32,000 bases of DNA from Acaryochloris marina MBIC11017. GTDB lineage: Bacteria; Cyanobacteriota; Cyanobacteriia; Thermosynechococcales; Thermosynechococcaceae. A model generated the notes under the pieces. The model saw only the letters and a program-made list of their open reading frames with translations, was not told the DNA's origin and ran no database searches. The DNA lies in NCBI RefSeq assembly GCF_000018105.1, contig NC_009925.1:2340001-2372000 (forward strand), given 5' to 3'. This document shows, in pieces, positions 26,085 to 32,000 of this stretch. The position numbers and the translations under genes were made by a program. Each line of letters begins with the position of its first letter. Positions within the stretch are counted from its first letter, which is position 1.

Positions 26085-26322
26085 TGGTCCGGATCTAGAT
26101 CTCTCCTCTCAGTTTGAGCACAATGCCATAGCGTGCAGGATAAGATCATAAAAATGACGACAAGATAATATTCAGCCCAAAAATGGGAATGTTAGAGTGA
26201 CAATAGACACTCACCCCGACCCCAAGAATGTCTTAGGCATAAATTCTGCATTGAGTGGGGTGAACAATAACCTCAGTCCCAAATGGCAGACTAGTCTTTA
26301 TCACCAGTGGAGTTGCTAAGGC

Positions 26323-26889
26323 GTGGATTATTCCCAACCCCATATCTCTTCCAGAGATGTTCAAGCTGAAATCCTGCAGTTGAACCAACAAATACAAATG
26401 CGAGATCAATTAGTGGATCAGCTTTCAACTGAGCTGTATCGGCTGATTAAAGCGAATCCCGCAGCCCTTCCACCTGCCCAGGGGCTGACCCCGGCGACTC
26501 CAGCCCTCCCAATGCCTACCTCCCCCGCTCCCGAGAACAGTACAGGGGACTTGACCGCATTGGAATCCCAAATCGAGTTTTATCAAACCCAAATTGACAA
26601 GCGAGATACACAAATCGCGCATCTACAGAACTCTTGCCAAAGTCTAAGCGAGCGCAACCAAATGCTAGAGCATGTCATTCAAGAATTACCGGAAGTCTAT
26701 CGTCAGAAATTTTCCAATCGGCTCAATCATGTCAAAACGAAAGTGAAATCTTTGCAGTTGGAAAATCGCAGATTATACTCAGCCCTGCAGGATTCTAACT
26801 ATCCCTCAACAACCGATAGAATGTCCTTACCTGCTCGCAGCAAAGCCGCCCGCGAACGGACATCATCATCCATAAAGCGAATGAAATAA
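26323..26889 (+). CDS. Hypothetical coiled-coil protein
   Basis: Two heptad-rich segments (EILQLNQQIQMRDQLVDQLSTELYRL and LESQIEFYQTQIDKRDTQIAHLQNSCQSLSERNQMLEHVIQEL ... LQLENRRLYSALQ) flank a Pro/Ala-rich linker. The start is GTG and is uncertain. Confidence 0.45.
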   Translation: MDYSQPHISSRDVQAEILQLNQQIQMRDQLVDQLSTELYRLIKANPAALPPAQGLTPATPALPMPTSPAPENSTGDLTALESQIEFYQTQIDKRDTQIAHLQNSCQSLSERNQMLEHVIQELPEVYRQKFSNRLNHVKTKVKSLQLENRRLYSALQDSNYPSTTDRMSLPARSKAARERTSSSIKRMK

Positions 26890-27080
26890 CGCGGAGCCGA
26901 GATCGGTCAATCCAGCTCCCACTTTAGATTCAACGCTCGACAATGTTGTTCTTTCAGTCCTGGATAGAGATTTATTTTCATGCCAAGACATAGCGCTTTT
27001 CTCAATTGTCAGGCAAACTTAGGAAGCAGTAGCCATATTGTTACCTTCCAGTCCAATTTTTGTTGTGAAAAGCCCTAATT

Positions 27081-28004
27081 ATGAGAATATTGGTCACCGG
27101 TGGTGCTGGTTTTATTGGATCTCACTTAATTGACCGCTTGATGGCAGACGATCACGAAGTGATTTGTTTGGATAACTTTTATACGGGACGTAAACATAAT
27201 GTTCTGAAATGGTTAGACAATCCCAACTTTGAAATTATTCGCCATGACGTAACAGAGCCGATCCGCCTGGAAGTGGACCAAATTTATCATTTAGCGTGCC
27301 CTGCTTCGCCTGTCCACTATCAATATAATCCCGTCAAAACCATTAAAACGAATGTAATGGGCACCTTGATCATGTTAGGGCTAGCCAAGCGGATTAAGGC
27401 CCGATTGCTCTTGGCTTCTACATCAGAAGTCTATGGAGACCCAGAAGTACATCCTCAAACGGAAGAATACCGGGGAAATGTGAATCCCATCGGCATCCGT
27501 AGCTGCTACGACGAAGGTAAACGAGTGGCTGAAACGCTAGCCTTTGATTATCATCGTCAAAATAACGTCGACATCCGAGTCGCTCGCATTTTCAACACCT
27601 ATGGTCCCAGGATGCTGGAGCAAGATGGGCGAGTCGTTAGTAATTTTGTCGTGCAAGCGTTGAAAGGCATCCCTTTAACCGTCTATGGCTCCGGCAAACA
27701 AACCCGTAGTTTCTGCTATGTCTCCGATTTGGTTGATGGGCTAATGCGACTGATGAATGGGAACAGTATTGGTCCCATCAATTTGGGTAATCCCGATGAG
27801 TATACGGTGTTAGAGTTGGCCCAAACCGTTCAATCTATGGTCAACCCGGATGCCGCCATTGAATATAAGCCTTTACCAGCAGACGACCCACAACAACGTC
27901 AGCCGGATATTACCAAAGCTCGAACCGAATTAGGATGGCAACCCACCATTCCGTTGAAAGATGGTTTGGAACGTACCATTGAACATTTTCGAACTCGACT
28001 TTAG
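27081..28004 (+). CDS. uxs: UDP-glucuronate decarboxylase (UDP-xylose synthase, SDR family)
   Basis: [12 protein letters not shown], the catalytic YDEGK, and the near full-length UXS pattern (NFYTGRKHN...[21 protein letters not shown]...[10 protein letters not shown]) are present. Confidence 0.9.
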   Translation: MRILVTGGAGFIGSHLIDRLMADDHEVICLDNFYTGRKHNVLKWLDNPNFEIIRHDVTEPIRLEVDQIYHLACPASPVHYQYNPVKTIKTNVMGTLIMLGLAKRIKARLLLASTSEVYGDPEVHPQTEEYRGNVNPIGIRSCYDEGKRVAETLAFDYHRQNNVDIRVARIFNTYGPRMLEQDGRVVSNFVVQALKGIPLTVYGSGKQTRSFCYVSDLVDGLMRLMNGNSIGPINLGNPDEYTVLELAQTVQSMVNPDAAIEYKPLPADDPQQRQPDITKARTELGWQPTIPLKDGLERTIEHFRTRL

Positions 28005-28110
28005 GTAAAACTGCAAAATTAGAGGACCCACTGCCCTAGGCAGCTCAGTACTCTATTTCCCCTTTGACGATGCGCCCTTGAATACATTGCTGGTTATATA
28101 GGAGTTTTAT

Positions 28111-29490
28111 ATGAAAGTCTGTGTGATTGGAACAGGTTATGTCGGTCTAGTGACTGGCGCTTGTTTAGCTCGCATTGGTCATCACGTCATTTGTGTTGAT
28201 AACAACGAAGAAAAAGTCAAAGTCATGCAGGCTGGTCAGTCCCCTATTTTTGAGCCTGGCCTATCAGAAATTCTGCGTGAGTCCATTGATGCTGGCAATA
28301 TTGAGTTCACAACGGACTTAAAGGCGGGTGTCGAACATGGTGATATTTTGTTTATTGCTGTGGGAACTCCGGCACTGCCGACAGGGGAGAGTGATACCCG
28401 CTATGTTGAAGCGGTGGCTAGAGGGATTGGTTCCCACTTAACGGGTGACTATAAGGTCATTGTCAATAAGTCGACGGTGCCGATTGGCTCAGGGGACTGG
28501 GTGAAGATGATTGTCTTGGATGGCCTAGCAGATGCTAAAAAGCAGGCTGGAGAAGCAATCGACACCTCTAATTTAGACAGCAAAGGCTTGTTCGACGTCG
28601 TTAGTAATCCTGAATTCCTCCGGGAAGGCTCTGCTGTCTTTGACACCTTTAACCCCGATCGCATCGTCTTAGGAGGGGCCGATCCCAATGCGATCGCAAA
28701 AATGCAGGAACTCTATGAGCCCATCGTCAAACGTCAGTTCGCAGAAGATCAATCTCTCCCACCTGTCCCCGTGGTGGTCACGGATCTGAGCTCTGCAGAA
28801 ATGGTGAAGTACGCTGCGAATGCCTTTTTGGCTACCAAAATTAGCTTTATCAACGAAGTGGCTAATATTTGCGATCGCGTAGGTGCTGACGTGGTGCAGG
28901 TCGCCAAAGGCATTGGTTTAGACTCCCGGATCGGCAGCAAGTTTCTTCAAGCGGGCCTCGGCTGGGGGGGATCTTGTTTCCCTAAAGATGTATCTGCCCT
29001 AGTGCATACAGCTACGGACTATGGCTATGAAGCGATCTTGCTAGAGTCCACCATCAAAGTGAACCGGCATCAGCGTGTGATCGTGATTGAGAAGCTCCAG
29101 CAGACCCTGAAAATTTTAAAGGGGAAAACTGTGGGTCTACTGGGTTTAACCTTTAAGCCCGATACAGACGATATGCGAGACGCACCAGCCCTCACCCTGA
29201 TTGACGAGCTTAATCGCCTAGGGGCCAAGGTTAAAGCCTATGATCCCTTATTGTCCCAAAGTGGTTCCAGTCATGGTCTGTCCAATGTCAGCGTAGAAAC
29301 GGATGTTGAACGTTTAGCCGATCATTGCGACGCCCTGGTTCTAGTCACGGACTGGGATGTCTTTGAGACGTTGAACTACAAGCGGATGGCCGAGCTGATG
29401 ACGCATCCTGTAATCATTGATGGTCGTAATTACCTGGATCGCAAGATGCTGGAAGAGGCTGGCTTCCAATATGTTGGCATTGGCCACTAA
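28111..29490 (+). CDS. ugd: UDP-glucose 6-dehydrogenase
   Basis: The Rossmann motif VIGTGYVGLVTG, the catalytic Cys motif GGSCFPKD and the C-terminal LTFKPDTDDMRDAP are present. Confidence 0.93.
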   Translation: MKVCVIGTGYVGLVTGACLARIGHHVICVDNNEEKVKVMQAGQSPIFEPGLSEILRESIDAGNIEFTTDLKAGVEHGDILFIAVGTPALPTGESDTRYVEAVARGIGSHLTGDYKVIVNKSTVPIGSGDWVKMIVLDGLADAKKQAGEAIDTSNLDSKGLFDVVSNPEFLREGSAVFDTFNPDRIVLGGADPNAIAKMQELYEPIVKRQFAEDQSLPPVPVVVTDLSSAEMVKYAANAFLATKISFINEVANICDRVGADVVQVAKGIGLDSRIGSKFLQAGLGWGGSCFPKDVSALVHTATDYGYEAILLESTIKVNRHQRVIVIEKLQQTLKILKGKTVGLLGLTFKPDTDDMRDAPALTLIDELNRLGAKVKAYDPLLSQSGSSHGLSNVSVETDVERLADHCDALVLVTDWDVFETLNYKRMAELMTHPVIIDGRNYLDRKMLEEAGFQYVGIGH

Positions 29491-29508
29491 TTCCCGGCCG
29501 CATCGAGC

Positions 29509-30267
29509 TTAAGATCCGACCGGCTCGATGCGGCCATAGCGGGCCTTAAAAATCAGATGAGGCTGTTCAAGCTGATTGAGCCAGGCCCACATCTGATCCC
29601 CTAAACAAAAATGCCACCATTCGTTTTGATGCCGTTGGAAGCCTGCTTGGCTCATGGCATCGCACATCATTCTACGGTTTTGATCGGCTTGCTCTGCAAG
29701 CCGTTTTTCGTTGGGTGGGGTTTGAGGATTTTGGGCCAGATCTGCAAAGTAGTGGGGATGCGATCGCACCGACAATTCATCAATCTCAGATCCCATAAAC
29801 ACAGGCTCATCTGTCTGTTGATCAAACAGAGTGATATCTACTGCAGCGCCAGTGCTGTGCGGAGGAGGTGACTTGGGATCCAAATTGGGGGGAGCCCATA
29901 ATCCATAGACCTCCTGCCACGCGGCTTCTGTTTGACTGGACGATAAGGTCTCTGCATGCCAGCCTTTCTCTTTGAGTACTTGGTCATAGGTGAAATTCAC
30001 CATAAAAGCCTGTACCGCAATGGGGCGATAGGCATCAAAGATCATAATTTGCCAATGAGGCTGAAGCTGTTGTAAGTAGTTTTGAGCAGCTTGGAGAGCC
30101 GCTAGCACGCTCTTCCGGAGGAAATAGGGAGAGGCCTGTTCATAGGGTGCACCTAAAACTTCATAAGGATGAGGTGTTTCAAAGGCAAAGAGATCCTGAG
30201 GAATGGGTAACAACGTCTCTCCCGATTCAACAATCGGCATTTGCAAATAAGGTTTGCTGATCGGCAT
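29509..30267 (-). CDS. M15D (VanX-type) D-alanyl-D-alanine dipeptidase
   Basis: DAYRPIAVQ, the zinc ligands in HSTGAAVD, and the catalytic NEWWHF are present. Confidence 0.82.
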   Translation of the reverse strand: MPISKPYLQMPIVESGETLLPIPQDLFAFETPHPYEVLGAPYEQASPYFLRKSVLAALQAAQNYLQQLQPHWQIMIFDAYRPIAVQAFMVNFTYDQVLKEKGWHAETLSSSQTEAAWQEVYGLWAPPNLDPKSPPPHSTGAAVDITLFDQQTDEPVFMGSEIDELSVRSHPHYFADLAQNPQTPPNEKRLAEQADQNRRMMCDAMSQAGFQRHQNEWWHFCLGDQMWAWLNQLEQPHLIFKARYGRIEPVGS

Positions 30268-30404
30268 ACCAAAAACTCAAACTAGAGGGAATACACAGAG
30301 GGTAGGGTAGTGATGGCATCTCTTAACTTAGTGCTGAAGGCTTCCATCAGACCATCCCCAAGGGCTGACAACTCCAACAACCATAAGCTGACTCATGACT
30401 ATCG

Positions 30405-31283
30405 CTAGCCTGATGATACAGATTTTACAGGCTCTCTAGCGTTCACCTGTTCGTTGTGTAATCCATACCGGCTTCTTTTGTAGCTGTCTAGCTGAATGCC
30501 ATCTAAATTGACATCTGATAAATCAGCCCCTCGCCATGAGGTGTGGGCAAAATCTTTGAGTTCTGTGACAAGGTTGGCTATCACTTGGAGTGTTATCCCC
30601 AAAAAGACGAGACAGAGGAGGCTCCAAGCGATCCCTGCCACCAGTTGTTGGACATTCAAGAGACTACTCGCTCGAGTGCTACTAAAAAAGCAAACTCCAT
30701 AAGCAGCACACCCACCGACGGTATAGATGGCCACGGTAACCAGCCGAGTCCTGGCCATCACACTCATCCCCAGACTGAAGACGCCCCCAATACAGGCCGT
30801 CAGGACAGCCGCTTGAGGATCATTCTTGAGCATCACCCCTCCATAGAAGAAACCTAGTAGTGCACCTGTGGTCAGAGCTGCGATGGGTTTGACTCGTTTC
30901 CGACTGGGGCAAATTGCACTACTGATACCAGCGCTCGCCAGCAAACCAAGCAAGGCTAAGAGGTAAGGATAGGTTGGGATCTCCAATGTGAGACCTAATG
31001 CACCAAAGAGCATCTGACTCATGGCATAAAAGGCCAGCCCTACAAAATCGATAACGACTAATAGTCCAATTAAGATAGACTCAGGACCATAACCTACCCT
31101 GGCTCGATCAAAATTGGCCCCTTGTAATTGAGCCAAATCAAAACTACATCCTCGAAGATCAGAACCACTAAAATTGGCCTGCTGTAAATTCTGACCTCGA
31201 AATGAACGATTCCGTAGGTTTCGGTTAGACCACTTGTGTACTTTAGCCATGCAACGATTACGAATTTGGGGATGGGCAGCCAT
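30405..31283 (-). CDS. Pentapeptide-repeat protein with a central polytopic membrane domain
   Basis: Pentapeptide repeats occur at both ends (FRGQNLQQANFSGSDLRGCSFDLAQLQGANFDRARV and SWRGADLSDVNLDGIQL), with about 6 hydrophobic helices between them. An alternative start is at Met12 (31250). Confidence 0.78.
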   Translation of the reverse strand: MAAHPQIRNRCMAKVHKWSNRNLRNRSFRGQNLQQANFSGSDLRGCSFDLAQLQGANFDRARVGYGPESILIGLLVVIDFVGLAFYAMSQMLFGALGLTLEIPTYPYLLALLGLLASAGISSAICPSRKRVKPIAALTTGALLGFFYGGVMLKNDPQAAVLTACIGGVFSLGMSVMARTRLVTVAIYTVGGCAAYGVCFFSSTRASSLLNVQQLVAGIAWSLLCLVFLGITLQVIANLVTELKDFAHTSWRGADLSDVNLDGIQLDSYKRSRYGLHNEQVNAREPVKSVSSG

Positions 31284-32000
31284 CTGTTTTAGTTTACTAA
31301 CCCCTTTATACTGTTATGGCAGATCACAATGGCAACGTCCGGCCCAAACCCCTCAGATACAGCAGTTGTTTGCCGGTATTACCTACCAACGGCAAGTTTA
31401 TACTTCTCCGCGCCCCTATATCGTTCATATTGCTAAGATTGATCTCACCCATCCTGGTATTCGAGTGATCGCGACCCCAGGGCAGCCTGCAGACGATGAC
31501 AATGAGTTCCGTGCCCAACCAACCTCAGCCTTTCTCACCCAGTTTCGCCTGCAGTTAGCCATGAACGCAGGTTATTTCTATCATTTCAACGAAAAAACCC
31601 CTTGGGATTATGCGCCTCATACAGGCGGTCGGGTGAATGTATTAGGACAGTCCATTAGCATGGGACAACCCTATTCTCCTCCGCAGAAACAGTGGCCTGT
31701 TCTCTGCTTTGATCAAAGCCAGCGGGGCCGAATTGTAGCAACGGGACATTGTCCATCTGATACCCTTCATGCTGTAGCGGGTAACTATATCCTTCACCCT
31801 GATCAACCGCTACAGTTGGACTCAGATAAACCCTATGCGCGTTCAATCGCAGCATTGGACCAAACCGGGACAACCCTCTGGCTGATTGTAGTAGATGGCA
31901 AACAACCCGACTACAGTGAAGGAGCAACTTTTGCTGATATTGAGCAACTGATCAAACAGATTGGAGCTGATATTGCACTCAACCTCGATGGTGGCGGATC
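31249..32000 (+). CDS. Phosphodiester glycosidase (NAGPA-like) family protein, 3' end outside the window
   Basis: This ORF is not in the supplied track because it has no stop inside the window. My own translation of the frame is open from 31195 to the window end. ATG at 31249 gives a signal peptide (MQRLRIWGWAAICFSLLTPLYCYG), then YIVHIAKIDLTHPGIRV ... LWLIVVDG ... DIALNLDGGGS, which are family hallmarks. Confidence 0.78.
   Translation, partial: MQRLRIWGWAAICFSLLTPLYCYGRSQWQRPAQTPQIQQLFAGITYQRQVYTSPRPYIVHIAKIDLTHPGIRVIATPGQPADDDNEFRAQPTSAFLTQFRLQLAMNAGYFYHFNEKTPWDYAPHTGGRVNVLGQSISMGQPYSPPQKQWPVLCFDQSQRGRIVATGHCPSDTLHAVAGNYILHPDQPLQLDSDKPYARSIAALDQTGTTLWLIVVDGKQPDYSEGATFADIEQLIKQIGADIALNLDGGG

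Noticed and set aside
31324-31927. Minus-strand track ORFs 31324-31518 and 31655-31927
   Set aside because: They are antisense to the open plus-strand frame encoding a clear phosphodiester glycosidase. Their products have no motifs.

Overview
This is a chromosomal segment from a cyanobacterium. The evidence is 11 perfect HIP1 octamers (GCGATCGC), ycf54, a cyanobacterial-type hfq next to dapF, a group-2 sigma-70 factor and a DUF4351/Rpn-like protein. I can support about 36 protein-coding genes. I see no rRNA, tRNA, CRISPR array, IS element, prophage, canonical toxin-antitoxin pair or known defence system. Most genes are housekeeping: rluD, sfsA, queC/queE, comF, dapF, panD, UDP-xylose synthase and UDP-glucose dehydrogenase, a TRAP permease pair, and M23 and VanX-type peptidases. 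The best candidate for an uncharacterised system is a five-gene cluster at 21.3-26.1 kb with the order DUF4129, DUF4350, MoxR AAA+ ATPase, DUF58, then a TPR membrane protein. Its first four genes are joined by 4-nt NTGA overlaps, and four of its five products look membrane-anchored. Other items worth a second look:
- a stand-alone T2SSE_N/MshEN-like protein directly downstream of hfq
- a PEP-utilising enzyme whose nucleotide-binding N-domain looks degenerate
- an Rpn/DUF4351 protein with apparently degenerate nuclease residues
- a very AT-rich 1.5-kb islet carrying an orphan secreted Cys-rich protein
- a perfect 28-bp palindrome in the queC upstream region
- two ORFs missing from the supplied track: a 50-aa membrane peptide, and a phosphodiester glycosidase gene that runs off the right edge

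All family assignments come from motif recognition by eye. No searches were run.
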